Assembly: GCA_002269645.1 (NCBI GenBank)
Contig: NIVC01000906.1
Coordinates: 186,001 to 250,000 of the forward strand
DNA from: Macrostomum lignano
Lineage: Eukaryota
DNA length: 64,000 bases
Direction: 5' to 3'
Shown: piece by piece, positions 24,641 through 38,309 of the stretch
Numbering within the stretch: position 1 is the stretch's first letter
How the letters are laid out: every line of letters begins with the position of its first letter
Made by a program: the position numbers and the translations under genes
The notes under the pieces: generated by a model
What the model was told of the DNA's origin: nothing
Seen by the model: the letters and a program-made list of their open reading frames with translations, nothing else
Database searches by the model: none

Positions 24641-27600
24641 ATGCAATCCCAACCATTGCCCACTGCCGGCCCCTCTCCTGTGCCAGCGGAGCCGCCCAAG
24701 GACACCAGCCAAGACTCCGCAGCCATCCCTGAGGACGAATGGATTCGCACTGGGGCGCAGTACACAGCTATGCAGCGCCTGTCCATGACCATGCTGGGTC
24801 AGGGACCCCTGCCGAACCACCTGGCCATTATCATGGACGGCAATAGGCGATTCGCCAGATGTCACGGCCTGCAGAAATCGCAGGGCCATCTGCGCGGCTT
24901 TCAAAAAGTTGGCGAAGTGCTGGAATGGTGCCGCGACCTGGGCATTAACGAAGTGACCGTCTACGCTTTTAGCATCGAGAATTTCAACAGGAGCGCCGAG
25001 GAGGTGGCCGGCCTCTTGCAGCTGGCCAGGCAGAAATTCGACCGACTATTGCAGGAGTTAGACCGGCTCCGGGCCTACGGGGTCTGCGTCCGGGTGCTGG
25101 GCAATCTGCAACTGCTGCCTGCCGATCTGAGGGCCGCTGCAGCCAGGGTCATGCAGGCCACCAGGTCTGCGGCCTGGCGTCATTCTGGTTTGGGAGATTG
25201 TGGCTTGGGGTCACTCTGGGTTGGGAGATTGTGGCTTGGGGTCACTCTGGGTTGGGAGATTGTAGCTTGGGGTCATTCTGGGTTGGGAGATTGTAGCTTG
25301 GGGTCACTCTGGGTTTGGATATTGTAGCTTGGGGTCATTCTGGGTTGGGAGATTGTGGCTTAGGGTCACTCTGGGTTGGGAGATTGTAGCTTGGGGTCAT
25401 TCTCGGTTGGGAGATTGTAGCTTGGGGTCATTCTGGGTTGGGAGATTGTAGCTTGGGGTCATTCTGGGTTGGGAGATTGTAGCTTGGGGTCATTCTAGGT
25501 TGGGAGATTGTAGCTTGGGGTCATACTGGGTTGGGAGATTGTAGCTTGGGGTCATTCTGGGTTGGGAGATTGTAGCTTGGGGTCACTCTGGGTTTGGATA
25601 TTGTAGCTTGGGGTCATTCTGGGTTGGGAGATTGTGGCTTAGGGTCACTCTGGGTTGGGAGATTGTAGCTTGGGGTCATTCTGGGTTGGGAGATTGTAGC
25701 TTGGGGTCATTCTGGGTTGGGAGATTGTAGCTTGGGGTCATTCTGGGTTGGGAGATTGTGGCTTAGGGTCACTCTGGGTTGGGAGATTGTAGCTTGGGGT
25801 CATTCTGGGTTGGGAGATTGTAGCTTGGGGTCATTCTAGGTTGGGAGATTGTAGCTTGGGGTCATACTGGGTTGGGAGATTGTAGCTTGGGGTCATTCTG
25901 GGTTGGGAGATTGTAGCTTGGGGTCATTCTGGGTTGGGAGATTGTAGCTTGGGGTCATTCTGGGTTGGGAGATTGTAGCTTGGGGTCATTCTGGGTTGGG
26001 AGATTGTAGCTTGGGGTCATTCTGGTTTTGGGAGATTGTAGCTTGGGGTCCTTCTGGGTTGGGAGATTGTGGCTTGGGGTCACTCTGGGTTGGGAGATTG
26101 TAGCTTGGGGTCATTCTGGGTTGGGAGATTGTAGCTTGGGGTCACTCTGGGTTTGGATATTGTAGCTTGGGGTCATTCTGGGTTGGGAGATTGTAGCTTG
26201 GGGTCATACTGGGTTGGGAGATTGTGGCTTGGGGTCACTCTGGGTTGGGAGATTGTAGCTTGGGGTCATTCTGGGTTGGGAGATTGTAGCTTGGGGTCAC
26301 TCTGGGTTTGGATATTGTAGCTTGGGGTCATTCTGGGTTGGGAGATTGTAGCTTGGGGTCATACTGGGTTGGGAGATTGTAGCTTGGGGTCATTCTGGGT
26401 TGGGAGATTGTAGCTTGGGGTCATTCTGGGTTGGGAGATTGTAGCTTGGGGTCATTCTGGGTTGGGAGATTGTAGCTTGGGGTCATTCTGGGTTGGGAGA
26501 TTGTAGCTTGGGGTCACTCTGGGTTGGGAGATTGTAGCTTGGGGTCATTCTGGGTTGGGAGATTGTAGCTTAGGGTCACTCTGGGTTGGGAGATTTTAGC
26601 TTGGGGTCATTCTGGGTTGGGAGATTGTAGCTTAGGGTCACTCTGGGTTGGGAGATTGTAGCTTGGGGTCATTCTGGGTTGGGAGATTGTAGCTTGGGGT
26701 CATTCTAGGTTGGGAGATTGTAGCTTGGGGTCATACTGGGTTGGGAGATTGTAGCTTGGGGTCATTCTGGGTTGGGAGATTGTAGCTTGGGGTCATTCTA
26801 GGTTGGGAGATTGTAGCTTGGGGTCATACTGGGTTGGGAGATTGTAGCTTGGGGTCATTCTGGGTTGGGAGATTGTAGCTTAGGGTCATTCTGGGTTGGG
26901 AGATTGTGGCTTAGGATCACTCTGGGTTGGGAGATTGTAGCTTGGGGTCATTCTGGGTTGGGAGATTGTAGCTTGGGGTCATTCTGGGTTGGGAGATTTT
27001 AGCTTGGGGTCATTCTGGGTTGGGAGATTGTAGCTTAGGGTCACTCTGGGTTGGGAGATTGTGGCTTGGGGTCATTCTGGGTTGGGAGATTGTAGCTTAG
27101 GGTCACTCTGGGTTGGGAGATTGTGGCTTGGGGTCATTCTGGGTTGGGAGATTGTAGCTTGGGGTCATTCTGGGTTGGGAGATTGTAGCTTAGGGTCACT
27201 CTGGGTTGGGAGATTGTGGCTTGGGGTCACTCTGGGTTGGGAGATTGTAGCTTGGGGTCACTCTGGGTTGAGAGATTGTAGCTTGGGGTCACTCTGGGTT
27301 GGGAGATTGTAGCTTGGGGTCACTCTGGGTTGAGAGATTGTAGCTTGGGGTCACTCTGGGTTGGGAGATTGTGGCTTGGGGTCATTCTGAGTTGGAAGTT
27401 TGTCGTTTGGGAGATTGAGTTAGGATATTCTGGGTTTGGTGATCTTGGTTTGGGAGGTTGTGGGTTGGGAGATTGTGTGTTTCTTCAGTTGAAACAGTTC
27501 AAGAATGACACATAGAGTGGAGAAATTCAAACGAATCAGGTCTGCAATGTTTACTTCAGCGGCAGAATTAGAAGTCAGCACTCATCAAGAATACTGCTAT

Positions 27601-28628
27601 CACCTCCCCGTATCCGCACCTCGCCGCCCTCAGCTCGCACAGCAAGGCCCGCCTAAACGTGTGCTTCGCGTACACCTCGCGCGACGACATGGCCCACGCG
27701 GTGTCCTTGGCAGGCCAGGCTGTCCGGTCCGGCCTCCTGCTCCCAGATGACGTCACGCCGCGCCTGCTAGACCGGTGCGCTCGCACCTACCTGTCCCCGG
27801 GGCCGCCCGACCTGCTGATACGAACCTCTGGCGAAACCAGACTGTCTGACTTTCTCCTGTGGCAGGTATGGCTGCTGGTTAAGTTATAAAAAGAACTAGC
27901 ATTTTTACTAGTAGTAGTGCATTGTAGACATCTGATGATAAATAATTCCAGGGCTGCTAAACAGTATACACTGCTGTGTGAGTGTTTGCCTTGTGCCCTT
28001 GTGTATGCTATGGAGTCAATGAAATGAAGATAGCTGCTTCAAACTTCTCGTATTCGGAAACAATGCTCAGTGTATATTGTTTTTTTCGATACATATCGGC
28101 ATTAGTACTCAATTTTAGATAACAGCAAAATAACTACGTAGAAGACCTGTAGGCACCCAGCGCAACGCCTTCGGCGACCGTGCACATACAAGCCGAACCA
28201 GGAATCTAACCAGGGGTCACGTTTACCTCAGACTTTGAGCTGGCTCTGCTCAATTTCAAGTTCAATTTCGTTAATCCAATTGCAGACCCAGTTCACCTGC
28301 GTGCACTTTGTTAACGCAATGTGGCCAGACTTCTCCGTTTGGCACCTGATGTGGGCGGTGTTTAATTATCAGAGAAATTATGCAACCATGCAGGTGAGGA
28401 GCTCAGTTGATTAATCTTAAATCTTAATGACGATTAGTCATCAATAAGGCAGATATTTTCTGTTCTGTATTGCAGAGCGGCCTGGCGGCGCTGGCAGCTG
28501 AGGAGGCTGATGATGATGATGAGACTCAAAGCGACCCGCAGCGTCATCAACGCTTGCAGGCGTTTGATAAGTTTGTCCACGATCAGGAGGATGCCGAGCT
28601 GCGCCGCTACTTGGCCGCCGAGACCTAA
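24641..28628 (+). CDS. DHDDS: Dehydrodolichyl diphosphate synthase (cis-prenyltransferase), 338 aa
   Basis: Exons 24641-25164, 27634-27865, 28286-28393, 28476-28628. Motifs HLAIIMDGNRRFA, VTVYAFSIENFNRS, LNVCFAYTSR, PDLLIRTSGETRLSDFLLWQ, WPDFS. Confidence 0.96.
25180..27400. repeat. 31-bp G-rich minisatellite (~70 copies) in DHDDS intron 1
   Basis: TTCTGGGTTGGGAGATTGTAGCTTGGGGTCA repeated. Confidence 0.98.
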
Positions 28629-29184
28629 AAAATAGTTTAATATAAAATCAGTCACCGACTTCTAAATTTGCTAACTGCACTACTTTTAGCAACTTGGCGT
28701 TTGGAAGTAGAATTATACGCATATTGTCAGCATTAATGTTTCCTCTCTTCAATGGTTTTTCCGGTCGACTGTCAATTTGAATAAAAATACAGTATACTCT
28801 ACTGCTATCTATAATTTAAGTAGGCTTTGACGTTTATTATTCGACATATTCGCTTGGTTATGAAGAAATACACGCGAAGAAAAAATAACTATTGATTTTG
28901 TGTCTTCTATATATGACTCTATGAGAGCGATTTTGCAATAAAACAATCTCAATTTGTTACATAAAACCGTTATTGTTTTGTTTGTTACTTTTCAACGTTT
29001 ATTTAGTAGGAATAATATGGTTAAAAATAGTTTAAAAAAAATAATGGATTAAGTGCAGAATTACACGAGCTGGTCAGGTAATTGTTGTTTTCATAGAATA
29101 ATATCAGTCATTTTCAAATCACGAATTGTAATTTTTGGCTGTAAAAATGTGAATAGTTGTTACAAAAGTGTCTTCCATTAGTGC

Positions 29185-29523
29185 TTAGTTCTTCGTCTGG
29201 CTCAGATAGTCGTTGTAGTACGGGCTGCGGCCCATGGCCTGGCTGCCGCCGGTCCCAACGTCTCCCTGATCCTGGTAGGGCTTGCCCTCCAGCAGCTTGT
29301 CCTCCTGGTGCACCTTGTGCTGCACCACGCAGCCGATTATTACACCGATGATGATGATGATAACCAGGGCAACTGGGATCCCGATGAGCACGCCCAGCTG
29401 GTCGCTGGTGAAGCCACCGATATTCGGCGTGGTTGTAGCCTCCATCGGCTTGGTGGTGGTTTCCATGGTGCTCTGGGCAGCCGCCAAGGACGGCAGCAAC
29501 AGCGAGATAAGCAGCAGCTGCAT
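29185..29523 (-). CDS. Small single-pass type-I membrane protein (112 aa)
   Basis: Signal peptide MQLLLISLLLPSLAAA, Thr-rich stalk, TM LGVLIGIPVALVIIIIIGVIIGCVV, Tyr-containing tail. Confidence 0.75.
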   Translation of the reverse strand: MQLLLISLLLPSLAAAQSTMETTTKPMEATTTPNIGGFTSDQLGVLIGIPVALVIIIIIGVIIGCVVQHKVHQEDKLLEGKPYQDQGDVGTGGSQAMGRSPYYNDYLSQTKN

Positions 29524-31710
29524 GGCTGATGGGAGTTGCACTGTAAGAAGTCTGAGCTGTGGCTGCAAGTGAAGGCACAGAGTCAGGGGGGAGCTTATTG
29601 CGCTCTGGAGCGGTGGGGGCTTACTTAAATAAAATCGTTCGTGCAACTGTGTGAAGGCGAAGGAGTTGTTTTCGCTGTCCTTCTATCCACCCTTTCTCAT
29701 GTTTCTCTCTGACTGTACATTGACCCTATTGTGTGCAGTGAACGCAGAGTTGGCACGGTGTGAGCTGGTGCGGTGCCCCCCCCCCCTGCAGCCAGCGGCT
29801 CATCTCTGTGCCCAAATTGCATCGTTGCAACGTGGAAAACTTTATTAGTGGCAGCTGGTCTGCATGCCGCAGTTTTAATGGGGCGAGCGAGTGGACGGAA
29901 AACTCCATGCGAGACAGTTGAGTTGCTGTCTGTTTTTTTTCACCGAGGAATGATGAGGCAGAAAAATATAGGGTTTCTAAATTTTTGCATACCCACACTC
30001 CAGTTGAGTGTGTGGGAAGCAGCCATTGGCTAGGGTAGATTTCTTGTGAGTCAATGAACAAAAGCTTTTCTATATTGTCTATTGTGAGTTTCTCCTATAT
30101 GAAATACGTGAAGAACAATCTATTTGTGCCAAGGGCTACAAATGATGCTGAGAGCTACACAAGATGCAGCTGCTGCAGGGGCCGCCCAAAACTGCTCAAA
30201 ATTGTAACACCCACCGAATTTCAGTTTCAGCTCTATATTTTACCCTGCTAGTGCATGCATTCTGTGCAGAAAAGTTCTTCACATTTTCTTTGAAGTTTCG
30301 AAACCCAGCCCTGCAGGGTAATTTGGTAGATGCTGATGGATCTCTGCACCCTTCACTCGGTAGATGCTGATGATTTACATGTATAAATGCACATAACGTT
30401 CCACAGTAAGCATATCAACATAGAGAAAACAAGTCTAATAACTAGAATTAAAATTGAATTTTAAGACAACAGACTTCAGAACACCTGGTGATTCTGATGA
30501 CGCTTGCGGGTGGGTTATTTGAGGAGTTGGTCTCGCGCACACCTGGGTTGGTGCGACGGCGGCTGTAAATGTACATGTAGCTTTCGACATCATCACCTTT
30601 TCGCCGTCGGACTGCGAGCAACGTAGGGTTCTCGAGTTGAAGCTGCAGGCCTGTTGATAAGTATCTATAGCACGATTTTTGCCATGATGTTGCGCTAGAA
30701 TTAGCTCCGTATGGGCTGGCTGGCCATAGACTATAATAATCACTGGAAGGTTCCACTTCAACTGCGGCCATGGATTAAAGTAATGCTTTTTCGACCCATA
30801 CAGTGAGCAATCCAGTTATTTTCTTTCATGTATGACAGCGGCTGATATTTTAATGTCTATGGTCTTTTTGCGCCAGAAAGTCGCTCTAATGGGTTCAATA
30901 CACAATAGGTTCTAACATAGTCTAACTCGATCAAGGAGAGAAATAAAAAGGCTGTTCAGAGCAAAAATGTTTGCTTCATTGTGACATTCTAAGATTCAGA
31001 AGGTAAGGCACATCAAATTTGAATCCCAGAACATCCTTCTTCAATGAAATTTGTGGCTAAAATTTGCCTGCCTCCACTGAAATTTGTACAATCTCTCTCT
31101 CTTTTGTGCTTTGAACATTATCTTAGGTTTCAAACTTCTTGATAGAACTAGCTCGAATATACTCGTATATCTAGTCGTGTTCGAAGATGTGCCGAAATAA
31201 TGCACATCGACACTGAACTTTAGAATGGAACCCACACACTGCAATTACACACTATTATTTATGTAAAAAACTAGCGCATAAAAAGCACGTTCAATTTCTA
31301 TGGTGAAGATCAGAAACGACCAAATTCAAGTCGGCGGGAATTCACGCAAAGCATATATTTTTGCTGCACATTTTTTGCACTACCAAAATCCAAAGTGGCA
31401 AAATACGAGCTAACATTGAAACCGGCAAAAAATAACTGTTACCATGACAACTACAGGAAGGGCCGGCGACTGAGGGACGAACTCATTGTTATTATTCTAC
31501 ACACAGCATAAAATAAATCAATAAGTAAATCCTGTAGGATTCGCAGAATACTAGTAGAGGCATAGCTACTAATTAAAATAGCCCAAAACAATTATTGCGG
31601 TGGAGAAATTAATCAGAGATTTGCTTAAAGCAGTCAGTAGGGATTGTTTTCCTAACACACTACTTACTACTGAGATAAGAGTATGTGCTAACTTTTAAAG
31701 AAGCCAGGGT

Positions 31711-32175
31711 GAGGCTTATCAGTTCTCTAGCCGACCATTTGACACCCACCACCCCATTTCCTACTCCAGCTACCCTCACTTTATCACTGCTGTGCGCAGT
31801 GGGGCGAGGCTTATCAGTTCTCTAGCCGACCATTTGACACCCACCACCCCATTTCCTATTCCAGCTATCCTCACTTTATCACTGCTGTGCGCAGTGGGGC
31901 GAGGCTTATCAGTTCTCTAGCCGACCATTTGACACCCACCACCCCATTTCCTACTCCAGCTACCCTCACTTTATCACTGCTGTGCGCAGTGGGGCGAGGC
32001 TTATCAGTTCTCTAGCCGACCATTTGACACCCACCACCCCATTTCCTATTCCAGCTATCCTCACTTTATCACTGCTGTGCGCAGTGGGGCGAGGCTTATC
32101 AGTTCTCTAGCCGACCATTTAGCACCCACCACCTTATTTTCTACCCCAGTTAAACTCCACTTTATCGCTGCTGTG
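31711..32175. repeat. 95-bp tandem repeat (~5 copies)
   Basis: Units start at 31711, 31806, 31901 (GAGGCTTATCAGTTCTCTAGCCGACC...). Confidence 0.95.
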
Positions 32176-32538
32176 TTGTACAATGCTGGAAGCTATATTG
32201 GTTTTACTACGAGCGTAGTCAAATCCGAGATATCAAACTTTATATCTTTTTAATAATTATTCTACTTAGTCGTACTGACCATAACTTAATACATTTTTAA
32301 CAACGATAAATGGAATTGAAAAACTCTACACAATTACCAGATGTTTCTACTTTAAAATAGTTGCCCAAAACAGAGTTGTTGAGGTGGGGATTCGAGGAGC
32401 AATACGACCAGTTAGTATATTCATATAGATAGTTAATAACATTCAGGCACAATGTCATGCTAATCTCGGCATCAAAAAAATTTGCAAAACCCAATTAAAA
32501 ATACATACAGCGAAACAAAAACTAGATTTAGTTAATCT

Positions 32539-32815
32539 TTAGAACACAGTGAGCAGTGCGAATACTCCGTAGACCAGAGCGCAGGGATAGGCCACTAGCA
32601 GGCGTTGATGATCCATTGATAGGGCATTGACGAATAATTTACTAGACGAGTAAGCGCACCAGGCCACCGTCAAGCTGGTGAGTATGATGCCCGCAAGGCT
32701 GCTGCAGAGTTTAAATAGATGATTTCTACTGTTATAATCTGTCCACCAATAAACCAATCAATCAATCAATAAATAAATCAATCAATCAATCTATCTATCT
32801 ATCCATCTATCTATC

Positions 32816-32848
<33 letters not shown>

Positions 32849-34384
32849 ATCTATCTATCTATCTATCATCTATCAATCTATCAATCTATCAATCTATCTA
32901 TCTATCATCTATCTATCTATCTATCATCTATCTCTGTATCTATCTATCTATCTTTCTATCTATCTATCATCTATCAATCTATCAATCTATCAATCTATCA
33001 ATCTATCAATCTATCTATCTAACTGTCATTCAGAAACCCAACAGGCTGCAGAACAGCAGCGCCACTAACCGCAGAGACACCACAACAGCCATCAAAGACA
33101 GCAGACACATTGGCAGCAGACAATAACCAAGGGTGGACATGACGGATGTCAGCTGCACAGTCGTGGTGTTCATCATGTTGAGCAGCATGTACAGAGCTAG
33201 ACAGCCGGTGACGCCAATGCCGTAGATGTAGCCAAAATGCAGTTTGCCCGTCTGACAATTTTAGCGGTTTTATAAATTAAAATCAAATTTTTTTACTACT
33301 AGCATTGTTATTACTGTAAGTAGAGAAGTGAGGATTTAAAAACATGAAATTACCAGTAGCAAAGCGCCACCAAAGGCCAAACAGAACACCAAAGGGCCAG
33401 CCAAGTCCGTGTCTTTCACAGCCTCCATATCGGCTTGTTTTAACGGATTCAGCACCATCAGGGTCTGCAAGGCGGACAAATATACGACGCGGCTACTTAA
33501 AGTAGGCAGTTGAAAACACGCAAAAGTGTTGATTTAAATGAGTCTTTTTTCTTAATCGAACAAACCTGTCTACACTGACTAACCAATCTACCTGTCTGTT
33601 CAGAGCCTGTCTAACCAATCTACCTGTCTGTTCAGAGCCTGTCTAACCAATCTACCTGTCTGTTCAGAGTCTGTCTAACCAATCTACCTGTCTGTTCAGA
33701 GCCTGTCTAACCAATCTACCTGTCTGTTCAGAGCCTGTCTAATCAATCTACCCGTCTGTTCAGAGCCTGTCTAACCAATCTACCTGTCTGTTCAGAGCCT
33801 GTCTAATCAATCTACCCGTCTGTTCAGAGCCTGTCTAACCAATCTACCCGTCTGTTCAGAGCCTGTCTAACCAATCTACCCGTCTGTTCAGAGCCTGTCT
33901 AATCAATCTATCTGTCTGTTCAGAACCTGTCTAATCAAGTATAAAAGGTCTAAAAAACACCCACCTTTTGAGTAATATGATCAAAATTAATGCCCAGCTC
34001 CTCCAGTAATGGCGGCTCATCTTCGAAGTTGTCGCCACCAGATGAGGGTCCTTTGTCGCCTGGTGGGCCGCCGCTGGCACTCCCAATGCTGCTCGGGACG
34101 AACATCTGGCCAGAGTAGGCCGGGTGATTAGCATACGGATCGAATACAGCTGTAGGCTGCGGCTGATATGGCTGATGGCCGCTGCCGTAAAACTGCTGCT
34201 GCTGCTGCGGCTGCGGCTGACTGCCGGCTCCGTAGTCATACGAGGCGAAGTTCCTTTTGAAAAGAAGAAAGAAAGACATTGCACAGGACAAGAAAAGTAA
34301 GAAGTGCAAAGTATTTTTGTTATATTCTTACATATCCTGCTGGCCATAGTAAACTGGCGCCTGATGCTGCTGCTGATCATCCAT
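32539..34384 (-). CDS. YIPF5: Yip1-domain family protein (YIPF5/7), 265 aa
   Basis: Exons 34384-34332, 34253-33965, 33464-33354, 33251-33070, 32701-32539. Motifs [58 protein letters not shown]. Confidence 0.95.
32758..33020. repeat. (ATCA)n/(ATCT)n microsatellite (intronic)
   Basis: Direct inspection. Confidence 0.95.
33575..33935. repeat. 32-bp minisatellite (~11 copies, intronic)
   Basis: CCTGTCTAACCAATCTACCTGTCTGTTCAGAG repeated. Confidence 0.95.
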
Positions 34385-34952
34385 CTGGAATCCTCCCGAC
34401 CAATCAGACGGGTTGTAGGGCGCGCTGCACATGTTCTGTTGCCTCTGTCTGTCTGTCTTCGGAAACTTTCGGTTTGCACTTTTATATTAATCACCGAATA
34501 GAAGGTTATAGGGAACGCTGCAATTTTGTACAAAATCAAGTTCTATTGTAGTTGTTACGGCATTTGGTCGGATATTGAAACTACGCAACTTTAGGAATCG
34601 AACTCTGGACCCTCTAGACCTCCCCTGAATTAGTCTCCCATCGCATTTAACTAATACATTTCAAATTCAGATATCAAGGGACACCATCGAATTCGCGACC
34701 TCTGACTATAGTTTGGTTGTAAAATAAACGCTTAGACACGCTACAAGTAGTACTGTGGCAAAATACAATGCTAAAATATATTTATTAAAAATTTGCAAAT
34801 CATAATTAAATTGAATGCAAATTGATGCAACAAATCGAGAGAAGGCATTTCAAACAGGTCGAGTTGCTATATGCTTGATAGCTCGGTACTAATAGTGGAT
34901 TGCTAATCTAACCTCGGAACTACGATTAAACAATACTACGCCATAGAAGCGA

Positions 34953-36639
34953 TCAGCGAGAGTCAACGGTCCACACTTTGACCAGGCAGTCGTCGCCAAC
35001 ACTGACAAACAGGTTGTCAATTGTTGGATGCCATTTCACATCGTTGACATCTTCGCAGTGCGCGTCGGCGACTCGTTCGACGAGATCCCAGCAGCCGGAG
35101 TCGGTGTTGGCTGTCCACAGGCAGATGGAGTTGTCCTGGGAAGCTGACAAGAGCCAGTCCCGCGACGGGTGCCTGCGGATTGGGGCATGAGAATGAGCAG
35201 TGTGTTTGTTGCTGCAGAGATAGCTGTAGATAGAGTAGATAACTGCAGATAGAGAGTAGATAACTGTAGATAGAGTAGGTAACTGTAGATAGGGAGTAGA
35301 TAACTGTAGATAGAGAGGAGATAACTGTAGATCTAGGACGTAGATAATTGTAGATAAAGAGTAGATAACTGTAGATCTAGGAAGTAGATAACTGTAGATC
35401 TAGGAAGTAGATAACTGTAGATAGAGAGTAGATAACTGTAGATAGAGAGTAGATAACTGTAGATAGGAAGTAGATAACTGTAGATAGGAAGTAGATAACT
35501 GTAGATGGAGAGTAGATAACTGTAGATGGAGAGTAGATAACTGTAGATGAAGAGTAGATAACTGTAGATAGGGAGTAGATAACTGCAGATAGAGAGCAGA
35601 TAACTGTAGATAGAGAGTAGATAACTGTAGATAGATAGTAGATAACTGTAGATGGAGAGTAGATAACTGTAGATAGAGAGTAGATAACTGTAGATAGGAA
35701 GTAGATAACTGTAGATGGAGAGTAGATAACTGTAGATGGAGAGTAGATAACTGTAGATGGAGAGTAGATAACTGTAGATGGAGAGTAGATAACTGTAGAT
35801 AGGGAGTAGATAACTGCAGATAGAGAGCAGATAACTGTAGATAGAGAGTAGATAACTGTAGATAGAGAGTAGATAACTGTAGATGGAGAGTAGATAACTG
35901 TAGATGGAGAGTAGATAACTGTAGATAGGGAGTAGATAACTGCAGATAGAGAGCAGATAACTGTAGATAGGGAGTAGATAACTGCAGATAGAGAGCAGAT
36001 AACTGTAGATAGAGAGTAGATAACTGTAGATAGAGAGTAGATAACTGTAGATAGGGAGTAGATAACTGTAGATAGAGAGTAGATAACTGTAGATAGGGAG
36101 TAGATAACTGTAGATAGAGAGTAGATAACTGTAGATATGGAGTAGACAGCCGAGGAGAGGCTAGACAGTAGACACTTGCATAGAGAATAGATACCTGCAA
36201 AGAGAGTAGAAATCTGCAGAGAGACCAGAGACCTATAGACGCTAGATATCCAGCGTAAGAAAAGATACCCGCAGAATGAACAGACAGATACCAATTCAGT
36301 ATTCTTTACAGGAAATAACCATAAACTAAAAGTAGCCAAACCCACCAGCTGCAAGAGAAAATCGGCAGCTCGTGTCCGCCCGTCAGCGTTGCCTCGCACC
36401 GCCAGGTTGTCGGACCATCCGTAGGCGCGCCAGCCGCTGACCAGACGCGCAGAGTTCGATCTGCGCTACACGAAGCCAGCCGCTTGCCGTCCGGGCTGAA
36501 GGCCGCCCGCCACACCGTGGACTCGTGGCCGGACAGGGTGGCGAAGCTGCACCAGTCGTCGCCGTCCTCTCGGTGTAGCTTCAGCGTGTCATCGTAGCTG
36601 GCCGTGGCCAGGATCTGGCGGTAAGGGGGCGGACAGGTG

Positions 36640-36684
<45 letters not shown>

Positions 36685-36685
36685 C

Positions 36686-36735
<50 letters not shown>

Positions 36736-37103
36736 TAAGACAGATAGACAGACAGACAGACAGACAGACACAGAGACAGACAGACACTAAAACAGAAAAA
36801 GCAGATGCTCACCTCGGACTGTGGATGCCAGACCACGCATTTGATGTCCTGACTGTGCGGCTGAGTGACGCTCAGGCACTGAAAGTCCGAGTCGTCGTCC
36901 ACTGCAAAAAATTGAAAAGATTAGCTTAGCTAATAAATAATCTGATAAGTACATTCGATAGGGCAAATGCGCGTCTGTTTGTTTGGTTGTCTGTCTGCCT
37001 GTCTGTCTTAGTGTCTGTCTGTCTGCCTGTGTGTCTGTCTGCCTGTCTGTCTTAGTGTCTGTCTGCCTGTGTGTCTGTCTGTCTGTCTGTCTGCCTGCCT
37101 GCC

Positions 37104-37153
<50 letters not shown>

Positions 37154-37865
37154 CCTGTCTGTCTGTGTGTGTCTGTCTGTCTGTCTGTCTGTCTGCCTGT
37201 CTGTCTGTCTGTGTGTGTCTGTCTGTCTGTCTGTCTGTCTGCCTGCCTGTCTGTGTGTGTCTGTCTGTCTGTCTGTCTGTCTGCCTGTCTGTCTGTGTGT
37301 GTCTGTCTGTCTCTCTGTCTGTATGCCTGTCTGCCAGTCTGTCTCAATCAATTCAATCATTCTCAACCAATAGCCTAGCCAGCCGATATGTAGCGAAAAA
37401 TTCATTGAAGCAACACGAACGCAGGCGAGAAAACTCACTTTCCCACACCCACAGACTCTTGTCCCGTCCGCACGTGGCCAGATAGTGACCCGACGGGGAC
37501 CAGGCCACGTCCTTGACCTCGTTCTCGTGACCCTCCAGCTTGGCCACGGATTCGAATCGACTCCCAACCTCGCCGTCCTGCCTGCTATAAACTGTAATAG
37601 TTGCATCGAAGCTGCCGCAGGCCAATCGTCTACTGCAGGGCGAGAAGGCGACAGATCGAATGGTTCGGTGGTGCTCGCCACTCAGGGTGTCGCAGTGACT
37701 CAAGCGCCTGTTGTTGCTTTGATCTGTGCTCAGCTCGCACTGCCACAGGCGAATAGTTTTATCCCCGCCGCAGGTGGCCAACAATCGGCCGTCGGGTGAC
37801 CAAGCGACGCACCACACCCTGTCCGAGTGGCCGTCTAGGGTCTGCGCTAATGATACTACTGAGGC
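34953..37865 (-). CDS. CIAO1: Cytosolic Fe-S assembly WD40 protein; initiator ATG not in the first visible exon
   Basis: Exons 37865-37439, 36901-36813, 36614-36346, 35172-34953. Motifs [69 protein letters not shown]. Confidence 0.95.
35220..36140. repeat. 21-bp minisatellite (~44 copies, intronic)
   Basis: TAGATAACTGTAGATAGAGAG repeated. Confidence 0.97.
36640..37345. repeat. (AGAC)n and (GTCT)n microsatellites in opposite orientation in adjacent CIAO1 introns
   Basis: AGAC at 36640-36787, GTCT at 36975-37345. Confidence 0.95.
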
Positions 37866-38024
37866 CTGCGGGGTGAGTAGCACGTTACAAGTATTTTTTC
37901 CAAATATATATTCCGGAAAAAAATTCTAGGTAACATTCGTTAAGAAGTAAAATGGATTGCTAATCTAGCCATAATAATAATAACAATTGACAACACCTGC
38001 CTCAATTCAGCCAGATGTGCAACC

Positions 38025-38277
38025 GACAGCTCAGCCACAGCTATTGCGCGGTGCATCTGAAGGCTGCGTACGGCTGTTCAGTCCAAGGACTGGGGGGAGG
38101 GGTCGCCACGCACACCCTCAGTTATCCCAGCTAATGCTGGCACCCATTTTACAGCAGGGTGAACTGAAGCCATGCAGAGTTAAATGGCTTGCTCAAGGAC
38201 ACAAAATGTTCCAGTGGGATCAGGAATCGAACCCCCGACCTTCAAGTCATGAGTGCGACACGAACCACTAGGCTACA
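38025..38277 (-). mobile_element. tRNA-derived CORE-type SINE (same family as 9440)
   Basis: 38040-38090 is the exact reverse complement of 9625-9675; A box, B box and CORE segments recognisable. Confidence 0.85.
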
Positions 38278-38309
38278 ACCCCTAGCCAGCTATCCAGCCA
38301 ACATCAATG

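Noticed and set aside
30448-30771. 107-aa minus-strand ORF (MAAVEVEPSS...)
   Set aside because: Plausible start context but no recognisable motif or splice partner; cannot be supported.
31711-32175. CRISPR-like array
   Set aside because: Whole 95-bp units repeat with no unique spacers; eukaryotic context.
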